Under the pieces are notes generated by a model that ran no database searches, was not told where the DNA came from, and saw only the letters and a list, made by a program, of their open reading frames with translations. Positions 1 through 10,101 of a stretch of DNA of 32,000 bases are shown here, piece by piece; within the stretch, counting starts at the first letter, position 1, and each line of letters begins with the position of its first letter. Position numbers and translations under genes: made by a program. The DNA is from Microcystis aeruginosa NIES-843 (lineage in GTDB: Bacteria; Cyanobacteriota; Cyanobacteriia; Cyanobacteriales; Microcystaceae): NCBI RefSeq assembly GCF_000010625.1, contig NC_010296.1:450001-482000 (forward strand), read 5' to 3'.

Positions 1-496
1 TTCCCGATGCTTCTCAATTGATCGCATAAATATAAGGAACCCTCACGAATATGAAATGGCAACGAATAGTATTCTCACAACTGTATTTAGAACCTTCAAG
101 AAATGGAATATATAAATCACAAGAAAATCATGGCACTGGTATTAAAATTATAAATATGGGTGAGTTATTCGGATATGATTTTATTGCGGATCAGCCGATG
201 AAACGTATTTCAATGACCGATTCAGAGATCGATAGATTTTGTTTACAAAATGGCGATCTACTATTCGGGCGAAGATCTTTAGTAGAATCTGGTGCTGGTA
301 AATGCTCACTTATCGATAATATGATCGAGAAAACCACCTTTGAATCATCGATTATTCGGGTTAGGCTAGATCCTAATTTGGCATTACCTAAATTTTATTA
401 TTACTGGTTTAAATCTTTAAGAGGAAGTGGTGCTATACGAGCTATAGTAACAGGAACTAATGTCAAAGGGATTAAGGGAAGCGACTTAAAAAATAT

Positions 497-683
497 GGCT
501 CTTCGGTAATTGTTATGCAATGGACGGGGGTTATAAGGGATGGAACCCTTATATAGAAAGGCGTTTAGCGATTTTTGTCAATTGTTTTTGATCTAAAGCG
601 AACTCATCAATTAAGTCTTTTGCCAGATAAGGATTTAGTCAATTTATGCCCCCCTATCGAACCATACCAAGTAACGAAGAGCC
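497..683 (+). mobile_element. MITE-A copy 1 (187 bp, non-coding; termini GGCTCTTCGGT.../...ACGAAGAGCC)
   Basis: Terminal inverted repeats. Perfect 8-bp direct repeat AAAAATAT at 489-496 and 684-691. A related copy lies at 12644-12829. Excision restores the hsdS frame. Confidence 0.85.
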
Positions 684-1028
684 AAAAATATAATAGTTGA
701 TTATCCTTCAATTATTACTCAACAGAAAATCGCCGATATCCTCTCCAAATATGATGATTTAATCGAAAATAATCGCCGCCGCATCGAGTTATTAGAACGT
801 TCAGCCCGCTTACTTTACAAGGAATGGTTCGTCCGTTTACGCTTCCCCGGACACGAACACACCCCGATTATTGATGGTATTCCTGAAGGGTGGGAGAATA
901 CAAAAATTACTAATTTATGTTATGTGATTGATGGAACTCACGATAGTCCTAAACCCGTACATGAAGGATACTATTTAGTAACTGGAAGACATATAACAGA
1001 TGGTTTTATTGATTTTTCTAAATGCTAT

Positions 1029-1209
1029 TGGGACTTAGGCGTTTTCGGTCAGCAAAAAAGGCTCAAACCATTACGGGACAAAGGGTTAACCTCGATTTAT
1101 GATTTTCCTTGATATATCTGGGTTTCAGCGATTTTGGGCTTCTCGAAGTAAATCCCAAGCGGGGATTGGAGTTGAAGCTTTTCTCGATTTGTTTTTTGTC
1201 TAAGTCCCA
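1029..1209 (+). mobile_element. MITE-B copy 1 (181 bp; termini TGGGACTTAG.../...CTAAGTCCCA)
   Basis: Flanked by CTAT/CTAT (1025-1028, 1210-1213). Base-for-base identical to 10102-10282. Excision restores the hsdS frame (KCY/VITDE). Confidence 0.9.
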
Positions 1210-2922
1210 CTATGTGATTACTGATGAAGACCATCAAAAGGTTATGCAAAGGAGCAGACCAGAAACAGGAGATATAATTTTTTCAAATATCGGGACATTA
1301 GGTTCAACGGTTTTGGTAGATAATGAATTCGAGTTTAGTATAAAAAATGTAGCTTTATTTAAACCTTTTGACAAAAACTATTCTAGTTTTATATTTTTAT
1401 ATTTTTCCGATCCTGCTACTTTAAGAAAAATGGAAATTCAGTCTTCTGGAACATCACAAAAGTTTTTTAGTTTGAAATTTTTAAGAGGCTTGCATATACT
1501 TACTCCTAATAAAACTCTTCTTAGATTATTTAATGATGTAGTCGAGCCAGCGTTAAAACAACGCTCTCTATTGCATAAATACAATCAAAAACTAAAACAA
1601 GCGCGTGACATACTACTTCCGAAACTTATGAATGGAGAGATCGAGGTGTAGAGGCGAAAGAGCGATCGCACCTGTAAAAATCCCTGAAAATTGGCAATAT
1701 TAATAAAATAAACCACTCCCCTGCACAATCGACCCTATGACCACCGAGGATAAAGTACAACAACTCACCGCCAACTGTCTGCGAGATCAACTTGGTTGGC
1801 AGAGTGTCTATGCTTATAATCAAGAGGATTACGGTGAAAACAGCCTGCTCGGACGGCAAAATCAGAAAGAAGTTATCCTCAAACGCTACCTAAAACAGAA
1901 ATTACGAGAATTTAACCCCAATCTTCCCGAAGAAGCCTATAAATCCGCCATTCTCCAAATCGAAGAAATCAACTCTAGTCAAACCCTTCTGGCCACCAAT
2001 CAAGAGAAACATCAACTCCTTCTCGATGGAGTACAGGTGAGCTACCGCAACGCCAAAGGAGAGCTAATTAGACAAACCCTAAAAATCCTTGATTTCGACC
2101 AACCCAGCAATAACCATTTTCTAGCGGTTCGAGAACTGTGGATACAGGGGGAAATCTACCTCCGTCGCACGGATTTGGTAGGTTTTGTTAACGGCATTCC
2201 CCTACTCTTCCTAGAAGCGAAAAACCTCAACCGGGACCTAAAAGCGGCCTACGACGAGAATTTATCGGACTATCTTGATACCATCCCCCATCTATTCGCC
2301 TATAACGCCTTTGCGATTTTAGTTAATGGCATAGACGCGAAAATAGGTAGTTTCTGCGGCAAATACGAACACTTTCACCCATGGAAACGCTTGGCCGAGA
2401 GTGACCCCGGCATTGTCGATATGGAAACCATGCTAAAAGGAGTCTGCGATAAAAATAACTTTATCGATCTGTTAGAAAATTATGTCCTTTTCGATAACTC
2501 CACTGGCAAAACCTGCAAGATTATCGCCCGAAATCACCAGTTTCTAGGGGTTAACCAAGCGATCGATTCTGTGAAAAGATGGCGGGAGGGTGCGATAAAA
2601 GATAACAAACTAGGGGTTTTCTGGCATACCCAAGGCTCCGGAAAAAGCTACTCTATGGTTTTTTTCACCCGCAAAATTCGCCGTAAACTAGGCGCAAACT
2701 ATACCTTCGTTATCTGTACCGATCGCGAAGATCTAGATAAACAAATCTACTATACCTTTGCCGGTTCCGGATTGACCAATAACGAGCAAGAACTCTGCCA
2801 AGCTTCCAGTAACGAACACTTACAGAGTCTTCTGGGAGACCATAAAGCCTATATTTTCACCCTCATCCAGAAATTCAACCAAACCGTCAATCCCGACCAA
2901 CCCTACAACTCCCGAAACGATA

Positions 2923-3009
2923 AGCTAAACGGCGCTTAACCTGCATGATCCAACAGCTATAACCCTTTTGGAGTCTATATCGGTGATCCGAAGTAAAAGC
3001 CGTTTAGCT
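2923..3009 (+). mobile_element. MITE-C copy 1 (87 bp; termini AGCTAAACGGC.../...GCCGTTTAGCT; TA duplication)
   Basis: TA at 2921-2922 and 3010-3011. Identical in reverse complement to 31383-31469. Lies one nucleotide from the IS701-family left end. Confidence 0.85.
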
Positions 3010-3012
3010 TAT

Positions 3013-4375
3013 TGGGACTTAAACGCCAAATAAAGATCAAATCGAGTATAATCGTTAAAGAGTAAGCACTTTACGTTGAAAGATCAGCGATGAAAGAGAC
3101 AACCCCAGCCGCGATGCCCCCATGCTTTGACCGATGGTGTCGGCGGTTTGACAATTGCTTCAAAAACGAAGCGCAAAAAAACGGCTTCAGACAATATTTA
3201 GGAGGATTATTAGGGGAAAGTGAGCGGAAAAACCTCACTCAAATGGCCAATAATGCCGTCGGAGTAGTTTATAACCGATTACATCACTTTTTGACCGAAT
3301 CTCCCTGGTCAGACCGTCAGGTGAATGAATGTCGGTTGCAAGTGATGAACCAATGCCGCCAGACGCAAATCCCCCGAGGATTTTCCCTGATTGTCGATGA
3401 CTCAGGACATCGAAAAAGTGGCAATCTGACCGCCGGAGTTGGCAGGCAGTACCTAGGAGAAATTGGCAAGACAGACAACGGAATAGTCGCCGTCACTACC
3501 CATCTCTACGACGGCAAAAAAAGTGTCCCCCTAGACATTGAAATTTATCAACCGGCTAGTTCCTTAGCCGAGGGGAAAGAAGACAAAGAATTTAAGAAGA
3601 AACCGGAGATAGCGATAGATTTAATTGACCGGAGCTTAACCAGAGGCTATCGACCGAAAATCGTCTTAATAGATGCTGGTTATGGCAACAACACAAATTT
3701 TCTCAAAGCCCTGGAAGAAAGAAAGCTAAAATACTTAGGAGGATTGGCAAAAAATCGAAAAGTAATTATTGAAAAAGAAGGGGGTGTGGAAGAAACAATC
3801 CAGCTTGAGCAACTAGCAAAAAGCCTATCAGAAAAGGATTGGGAGAAAATCACCCTAAATCTAGATAAAGAAAAAACGGTTTGGGTAGCGGTATTCAGAG
3901 CGAAAATATCTCAACTAGAAGGAGAAAGGAACTTGGCGATCGTCATGAATGCAAGTTCAATGGAAAAAGCCACAGAGGTGGACTATTTCATCACCAATGT
4001 AGTTGAGGCAGATACAGTAACAGCGTCGTGGATAGTCAAGACTTACACCGAAAGAAATTGGGTGGAAGTATTCTACCGAGAAGCCAAAGGATGGTTAGGG
4101 TTAAGGGAATACCAAGTCAGGGATAAACGAAGCTTACTTCGTCATTTTATCCTGGTGTTTTGTGCCTATACATTTATCCTGTGGCATAAGTTAACTGGGG
4201 GATTGCAAAGGCAGTGGGCGAATCGACCTTTAAACACTTTTGTGGAAGCCTTGGAAGCTTTTCGGACAGCGATGTCTTTCCGTTTCTTTGAGTGGCTGAC
4301 CGAGAATCGGGATGTGTTTGCCGCTTACAAAGCCAGTTTAGGCTTTGTTTGGGCTTGAAATTTGTTTAAGTCCCA
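3013..4375 (+). mobile_element. IS701-family insertion sequence (1363 bp)
   Basis: Termini TGGGACTTAAAC.../...GTTTAAGTCCCA. Single transposase ORF. Flanks ATAT/TTAT (4 bp, one mismatch). The hsdR frame is restored across it. Confidence 0.8.
3090..4358 (+). CDS. IS701-family DDE transposase (IS4 superfamily)
   Basis: 422 aa. Motifs [18 protein letters not shown] and [17 protein letters not shown] (Y-R-E-K signature). The N-terminus resembles IS701/ISRso17-type transposases. Confidence 0.8.
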   Translation: MKETTPAAMPPCFDRWCRRFDNCFKNEAQKNGFRQYLGGLLGESERKNLTQMANNAVGVVYNRLHHFLTESPWSDRQVNECRLQVMNQCRQTQIPRGFSLIVDDSGHRKSGNLTAGVGRQYLGEIGKTDNGIVAVTTHLYDGKKSVPLDIEIYQPASSLAEGKEDKEFKKKPEIAIDLIDRSLTRGYRPKIVLIDAGYGNNTNFLKALEERKLKYLGGLAKNRKVIIEKEGGVEETIQLEQLAKSLSEKDWEKITLNLDKEKTVWVAVFRAKISQLEGERNLAIVMNASSMEKATEVDYFITNVVEADTVTASWIVKTYTERNWVEVFYREAKGWLGLREYQVRDKRSLLRHFILVFCAYTFILWHKLTGGLQRQWANRPLNTFVEALEAFRTAMSFRFFEWLTENRDVFAAYKASLGFVWA

Positions 4376-4586
4376 TTATCATCATTATCAGCGACGAAGC
4401 CCACCGAACCCAGTACGGAACCCTAGCCAGCAACCTCCGGGCTGCACTTCCGGGCGCTGGTTTTATCGGTTTTACCGGCACCCCTCTAGTCAGCAACGAC
4501 GAGATCACTAAACGCTATTTCGGGGATTATATCTCCACCTACGACTTCCAGAGAGCGGTCGAGGATAAAGCCACCGTTCCCCTCTA

Positions 4587-6181
4587 GGGACTTCCAGAGA
4601 ATAAAATACCCAACAAAAAAATAGAAAAGTGTTTTTTTGAAAAAGTAATTATTTTTGTCTAGGAAAACAAAGAGTCTCCCATTACAACCTATTTTTCCGA
4701 AAAAATAGGCAGCACAAACTCTTATACTTCCGAGCTTTTTCGAGTATAACAAGGACAAGTTAAAGAATCAAAGACAGTTTTTAGCTAACCATCTTAGTTA
4801 ACTACAAACTAGGTCTTATCATAATAGATATCAATAAACCATTGTCCCAAATCGGGAAAGTCTTGATTCGTTGATTCTGTGAGACGTTCGATTTTTTCTT
4901 CGATTTTTTCCATGGCTTTTTTAGTAAGCTTTACTCCTTTTTCATAAGTTTCAGTAATCAACTTAACAATCGGGTGTTTTCCTTTCCAAGTCATAGTTTG
5001 GGCGAATTTCAAAGCCGTTTCGATTTCATCTAAAATACTCCCATTCCAAGGGTTTTCTAACACAGCCCAGGTTCGTTCAATAGGATTATATTTACTATGG
5101 TAAGGGGGATAGTAAGCTAAACGTATATTAACTTGATATTTTTGGGAAAACTCAACTATACGTTTCATGAACTGAGTTCGTCTCGAATTATTTTCTGGTC
5201 CATTATCTTGATTAATTATCAAAGTTTTAATTTTCTCAAAACGAGATTTTTCCGACTCCCAGAAATCTTCTAATATATCAACAATAAAGTCACTGGTGAC
5301 TGTGGAGGCAGTGAAATACAAAAACAACTCATCAAATTCTGGAATAAATATTCCGTAAGGGGTTAGGGTTGTTTTCGGATTAAAATCATGATCGTTTGTT
5401 TCGACAGTTATTCTATTCTTACCTCCTCGATCAAATAGTCCAATATTAACACGGGCTTTGGCATCCAAACTAAGACGTAACATCGTAGGGTCTTCATCCG
5501 CTTCCCGATTAATGTTAGCTAATTCCTCAAAGATTGCCTCGGTTTCTGGAATTTTTTTTGAGGTAAAACTTTAGCGACTCTTTTCAGACGATAACCTAAG
5601 TTATTTAATTTAACCCGAATAGTTTCCTCGCTCGGTAAATCCTCATCACTGTACCCATATTTAGAGATTAATTGCTTTCGGACTTCGGCCGCACTCAGTC
5701 TCACATAAAGCCTTTGGCTTTTAAAACTTGGGTCAGTTTGGCTTTGAGAATCCACTAAACTTTTGATGTTTTCCAATAGAAAAGGTAAATGTTCTTCTGC
5801 TTTTTTCCGCCCCTTAGCTGAATGATTATCAACACAAATAATACCTCTTTTTAGTTCTTTAATTCCTTTACGAATAGTAGTTCGATTCCAGCCTAACTCC
5901 TGTGCAGCAAGGGTTTGTCCCCCATAGCCTAATTCTAAGACTGTTTGGGCCATGAATCTTCTTTTAGCTGCACCTTTTAATTGAAGTGCAGTTTCACTGA
6001 GCAATTTCTTGAGGGAATCAGTTAATTCCATATACACTTACAAAGAAAAACTTGATTAATAATGTACAGGATTAATTCTACTACAAAATTGGAAGGAGGA
6101 GGCAACCATCGACCCCTACCTCCTACACTCCGAGAATGATTATTATTCTTGAGCATGAATAGTTTATTTTTTGGAAGTCCC
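4587..6181 (-). mobile_element. ISAzo13-like insertion sequence (~1.6 kb)
   Basis: Termini GGGACTTCCAGAGAATAAA / reverse complement GGGACTTCCAAAAAATAAA. CTA (minimally TA) duplicated at 4584-4586 and 6182-6184. hsdR reads ATVPL/YYDARG across it. Confidence 0.75.
4809..6037 (-). CDS. ISAzo13-like DDE transposase, two frames joined by a -1 shift at an A8 run
   Basis: ORF 5519-6037 is the HTH-containing N-terminus. ORF 4809-5483 is the DDE part (INQDNGPE, YYPPYHSKYNPIERTW). The downstream frame stays open upstream through the run of eight T at 5552-5559 (A8 on the coding strand), reading ...KKIPETEAIFEELANINREADEDPTMLRLSLDAK. Confidence 0.7.
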
Positions 6182-6284
6182 CTACTATGATGCAAGGGGT
6201 GATAAACTCTCGATCGCCGTCAACGACCTCAACGAACAGATCGCCGCCAAAATCGAAGAGTTAGAGATCGAAAATGTCGAGATA

Positions 6285-7422
6285 TACTTTGCACGGCTAC
6301 AACTTGCATTTTTTACTCAAGGACAATAATATAGTTTAAGAGTCATAATTAGAAGCAAAGCACTCATTAAAAACATGATTAACCTAGAATTCACGGAAGA
6401 AGAAAAGAACTCACTGTATTATGAAAGATTTCATCATCCCCATCCCCGGGTTCAACTGAAGATGGAAGTTCTCTGGTTAAAAAGCCAAAAGATACCGCAC
6501 CAAAAAATTTGTCAGTTAGCAGGAATCTCGCCAAATACCTTATTAACCTATCTTCGAGATTATCAAGAGGGCGGAATAGAAAAATTAAAAGAAATCAACT
6601 TCTATCGCCCTAAAAGTGAATTAGAGTCTCAAAGAGAAACGCTCAAAAAATATTTCGAGAAAAATCCACCAGCCACAATAAATGAAGCTGTATATAGAAG
6701 AGAAGAATTGACAGGAATAAAACGAAGTCCTACCCAAGTGAGAAAATTCTTAAAATCCTTGGGAATGAAATGTTTAAAAGTAGGTTCTCTTCCTTCTAAA
6801 GCTGACCCAGATGAACAAGAAGAATACAAAGAAAAAAAGCTAGAACCCAGACTAAATGAGGCTAAAGAAGGAAAAAGGGCTGTTTTTTTTGTTGATGCCG
6901 CTCACTTCGTCATGGGAGCATTTCTCGGTTTTGTTTGGTGTTTTGAGAGACTTTTTGTTAAGTCACCGAGCGGGCGTAAACGCTTCAATGTTTTAGGAGC
7001 ATTAAATGCAATAACTCATGAAGTTATTCTGGTTACGAATGACACTTATATTACAGCAACTCAAGTCTGTGAACTCCGGTCAAAAATAGCTGCTTTAGGA
7101 CTAATGATTCCCATCACTCTCGTATTAGATAATGCCCGCTATCAGAAATGTAAAATTGTTGAAGAATTGGCTCTTTATTTGTCAATAGAGCTACTCTATC
7201 TACCGTCTTATTCGCCTAATCTAAATTTAATTGAAAGGCTGTGGAAATTGGTCAAAAAGAAATGTTTATATGGTAAATATTATGAGAACTTTTCTGACTT
7301 TTCTTCAGCTATTTATGAATGTCTGAATGATGCCCATCTGAAACATAAAAAAGAACTGGATTCCTTGCTGACTCTACGATTTCAGAAGTTTAATAAATCT
7401 CAGATTATGAACGTCTAAAGTA
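6285..7422 (+). mobile_element. IS630-family insertion sequence (1138 bp)
   Basis: Imperfect termini TACTTTGCACG.../...CGTCTAAAGTA. TA duplication at 6283-6284 and 7423-7424. hsdR reads ENVEI/EDRLE across it. Confidence 0.85.
6375..7418 (+). CDS. IS630-family DDE transposase
   Basis: 347 aa. N-terminal HTH (ICQLAGISPNTLLTYL). DDE motifs FFVDAAHF, LVLDNARYQK and LPSYSPNLNLIERLWKLVK. Confidence 0.9.
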   Translation: MINLEFTEEEKNSLYYERFHHPHPRVQLKMEVLWLKSQKIPHQKICQLAGISPNTLLTYLRDYQEGGIEKLKEINFYRPKSELESQRETLKKYFEKNPPATINEAVYRREELTGIKRSPTQVRKFLKSLGMKCLKVGSLPSKADPDEQEEYKEKKLEPRLNEAKEGKRAVFFVDAAHFVMGAFLGFVWCFERLFVKSPSGRKRFNVLGALNAITHEVILVTNDTYITATQVCELRSKIAALGLMIPITLVLDNARYQKCKIVEELALYLSIELLYLPSYSPNLNLIERLWKLVKKKCLYGKYYENFSDFSSAIYECLNDAHLKHKKELDSLLTLRFQKFNKSQIMNV

Positions 7423-7606
7423 TAGAAGACCGTTTAGAAAGGGAATTAAGAAGGGATTACTACATCCTGACGGCCCCGCAGCGGTTGGATGCGCTGGCCC
7501 GTGATTTCGTTGAACATTACAGCACCGCTTGGGAAACAGGCAAAGCCATGGTGATTTGTATCGACAAGCTCACCTGTGTCAAGCTGCATAACCTGATCGA
7601 TCGTTA

Positions 7607-9593
7607 CCCGCATTTCTCACAAACTGAATTAAGAACCTAATTTGGAGGTTAAAAGTTGGTGTTTTTCAAAAATAAGAGAAACCCGCTTAGTTATCAAGGA
7701 ATAATCTGACTAAACTAATCAAAAAATTCCTGAATTACTGGAAAAATTCCGTCAATTAGGGAAAATGTTCACGACAAAGTTAGCTGAATTTATAAGCAGC
7801 CATTTTTAAGACTATTTAATGATCTTTGAAAACTCTTCAACTTATCCAGTTCCCGCTATCGCTTGAATTCTAGAGTAAGCTATCGCTAAAATATCTTGAT
7901 AGGGACAAGAACTGGCAATTGCGATTAAAATTCTTCTGACACTAACAGTAATTCTAGCTCCTAATTTAAGGAAATTAAGGCGAATTGTTCCCACTGTCGC
8001 TTTGGCAAAAGAAGTTTTAGCCAAACAATTTTGACGAAAAGCTTGCATTAAAACATAAGCCATTGATGACAACCAAAGTCTTAATTGATTACTCTCAAAT
8101 GTCTGTGTCGAATTCCGGTCAGCAAATAAGTCTAATTGTTGCTCTTTAATTCGATTTGACCTCTCACCTCTGGGGCAATATTTTTCAGTGTAAAGTTTAG
8201 ATGGGGGAATCTTTGATGCAGGTAAAGAAGTCACAACGTGGCGAATTTTTACGCCCTCACTACCAGGACAAACTTTTGTCACCACTCTTCTTGAACGGCT
8301 CCAGGATTTTTGGGTTTGATAACATAGGGAACGATACCAAGTCGATTCTGGTACCAATTTCGCCAATTCTCCTAACTCTTCATCGGGAGAAAATAACGTC
8401 TCCATTAATTCAGTAACTGGCTGAAGTCTTTGCTCGTAATCTGCCTTAGCTTTCTCAATTACATCGGTCGCTCGTAATTTTAATTGACTATTCGTTGCCA
8501 TTGCTAAAACATAATCAACTCCTGCTTGACTTTCGCAAAATTTCATGATATCTTCACGGGAATAGGCACTATCTCCTCGTACTAATATCTGCGTATCTGA
8601 CCATTTTTCTCGAATTATACCGATTATTCGCTGCAATTCTTCTAATGCTCCCCCAGCAGTATCTACATGAGAAGACCGGAGTTTAGCTACTAATAAATGA
8701 TGCTCACAGAAAATATACAAAGGAGCATAACACACTCCTTTATAATAAGTATTGAAAAACGCTCCCTCTTGATTTCCATGCACTTGGTCATCGGTGACAT
8801 CCATGTCTAAAATAATTGGTTTCGGTGGCTTTTTGTAGGATTCTAGAAAGATGTCCACAAAAGCTTTTTCAATTTCTTTGGGGTTAGGCTCGATTTTATG
8901 GTAACGACTGTTCTCTTGATTGATGACTGTTTCCGGACAATATTCTAGTCGATTAATTGTACTTTTTCCCGCTAAATTTGCTTGGGCTGAGTCAATAAAA
9001 TTTAGTTTTTTCAATGCTATTGCTAAAGCTGGAGCATGACGTAATTTATCATGATCATTGACATCCTCATATCCCAAAACTATCCCATAAACTCTTTGTG
9101 CGAGTAGTTCATGAACTGAATAATCTAGATAGGATGAATTTCGATAATCTCGAAAACATTCGGCAAACCGAGCCGTTATTTTTAGCTTTTGGTCTAACTC
9201 TGCCATCAAAATAATTCCTGCATCTGAGGTGATTTTTCCTCCCTCAAAATTAGCGATTACTTGTCTTCCATTGAGGTTTCCAAAATTTAATTGATTGAGT
9301 CGAGACTGGTCTGAACTAGGAGTCATAAACTTGACATACTTTAAATAGTTTTAATGATTAAATTATAGCAAGCTTTTGACTTCATTCTCTACTTAAAATT
9401 GAGACTTTATCAACTAATTAACCTAAAAATACGCATTTTAAATTTGTTCTTTTTTCAAGGTCTAATTGATGATGAGCTTAAGTTGAATCCTAACAACACA
9501 CTGTCGTTTTTGCTACAAGGCGATCACCCAGTCAAAACCCAGATTTTGTAAGGCTTCGGGGGTTGGTGATCGTACTTTTTGTGAGAAATGCGG
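7607..9593 (-). mobile_element. IS1380-family insertion sequence (~2.0 kb)
   Basis: Perfect 17-nt terminal inverted repeat CCCGCATTTCTCACAAA (7607-7623; reverse complement at 9577-9593). Left flank is hsdR. Right flank is 8 nt upstream of a Uma2 start codon. Confidence 0.85.
7842..9326 (-). CDS. IS1380-family transposase
   Basis: 494 aa. The N-terminal FEGGKITSDAGIILMAELD...LLAQRVYGIVLGYEDVNDHDKLRHAP block is characteristic of IS1380-type DDE transposases. Confidence 0.85.
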   Translation of the reverse strand: MTPSSDQSRLNQLNFGNLNGRQVIANFEGGKITSDAGIILMAELDQKLKITARFAECFRDYRNSSYLDYSVHELLAQRVYGIVLGYEDVNDHDKLRHAPALAIALKKLNFIDSAQANLAGKSTINRLEYCPETVINQENSRYHKIEPNPKEIEKAFVDIFLESYKKPPKPIILDMDVTDDQVHGNQEGAFFNTYYKGVCYAPLYIFCEHHLLVAKLRSSHVDTAGGALEELQRIIGIIREKWSDTQILVRGDSAYSREDIMKFCESQAGVDYVLAMATNSQLKLRATDVIEKAKADYEQRLQPVTELMETLFSPDEELGELAKLVPESTWYRSLCYQTQKSWSRSRRVVTKVCPGSEGVKIRHVVTSLPASKIPPSKLYTEKYCPRGERSNRIKEQQLDLFADRNSTQTFESNQLRLWLSSMAYVLMQAFRQNCLAKTSFAKATVGTIRLNFLKLGARITVSVRRILIAIASSCPYQDILAIAYSRIQAIAGTG

Positions 9594-10101
9594 GTTAAGC
9601 AATGGTTAGACAACTCGACGACAGCCCGAAAACCACAATCGTCTATCCCGATAGCGATGGTAAACCGATGGCCGATAATACAAGACAATTTCGCTGGATT
9701 ACGACGATTAAAGCGAATTTAGACTGGTTATTTGCCAATGATGCCGATGTTTTTGTCGCTGGCGATTTACTCTGGTATCCCGTGGAGGGAGATAATAAGA
9801 CTCGGCAAGCGCCTGATGTCATGGTAGCTTTCGGCAGACCGAAAGGGGAAAGAGGTTCCTATCAACAGTGGAAAGAGAACAATATCCCCCCACAGGTGGT
9901 TTTTGAAATTCTCTCTCCGGGTAATACTCAAACGGAAATGACCAGAAAACTACTGTTTTATGACCGTTATGGTGTGGAAGAATACTACATTTATAACCCA
10001 CATTCCGCACCCTAAGTGTCACAACGTCTCAAAAGAGGAAGGGGCGTGAGTCAAAATACTTATCTAGAGGAGTGAGTTGGCGGCAAGCTGCCAGCAACTA
10101 A

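Larger units (their letters stand above)
51..1651 (+). pseudogene. hsdS: Type I R-M specificity subunit HsdS, split into three pieces by MITE-A and MITE-B
   Basis: Pieces 51-496, 692-1028 and 1214-1651 join in frame once each MITE and one target-duplication copy are removed. The joined product reads ...GIKGSDLKN/IIVDYPSIITQQKIADILSKYDDLIENNRRRIELLERSARLLYKEWFVRLRF...DFSKCY/VITDEDHQ...LKQARDILLPKLMNGEIEV. That is two target-recognition domains, each followed by the conserved helical spacer typical of HsdS. Confidence 0.85.
1737..7606 (+). pseudogene. hsdR: Type I R-M restriction subunit HsdR, interrupted four times (five elements) and 3'-truncated
   Basis: Native pieces (~1737-2922, 4376-4586, 6185-6284, 7425-7606) join in frame. 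They contain helicase motif I (GVFWHTQGSGKSYS), then ...[17 protein letters not shown] (DEAH box), then ...ATVPL/YYDARGDKL...ENVEI/EDRLERELRRDYYILTAPQRL...KLHNLIDRY. Only about 560 codons are present. The remainder is replaced by IS1380 and an unrelated gene. Confidence 0.9.

Noticed and set aside
1-21. Possible 3' end of hsdM (…FPMLLN*) at the window edge
   Set aside because: Only six codons are visible, which cannot support a call. hsdM upstream is merely expected from the operon logic.
924-1213. The end of ORF 924-1112 and the N-terminal extension of ORF 1109-1651 (MIYLGFSDFGLLEVNPKRGLELKLF…)
   Set aside because: Both are read-through into MITE-B. The genuine HsdS sequence stops at 1028 and resumes at 1214.
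1626-1859. Antisense or shadow ORFs here and at 4486-4758, 6629-6829, 8201-8416, 9819-10022, 10634-10923, 14064-14288, 15071-15491, 21222-21425, 23432-23713, 26858-27049, 28772-29041, 29772-29984 and 30327-30527
   Set aside because: Each overlaps a much better supported gene or IS on the same or opposite strand. Their composition is low-complexity or odd, and none has a recognisable motif.
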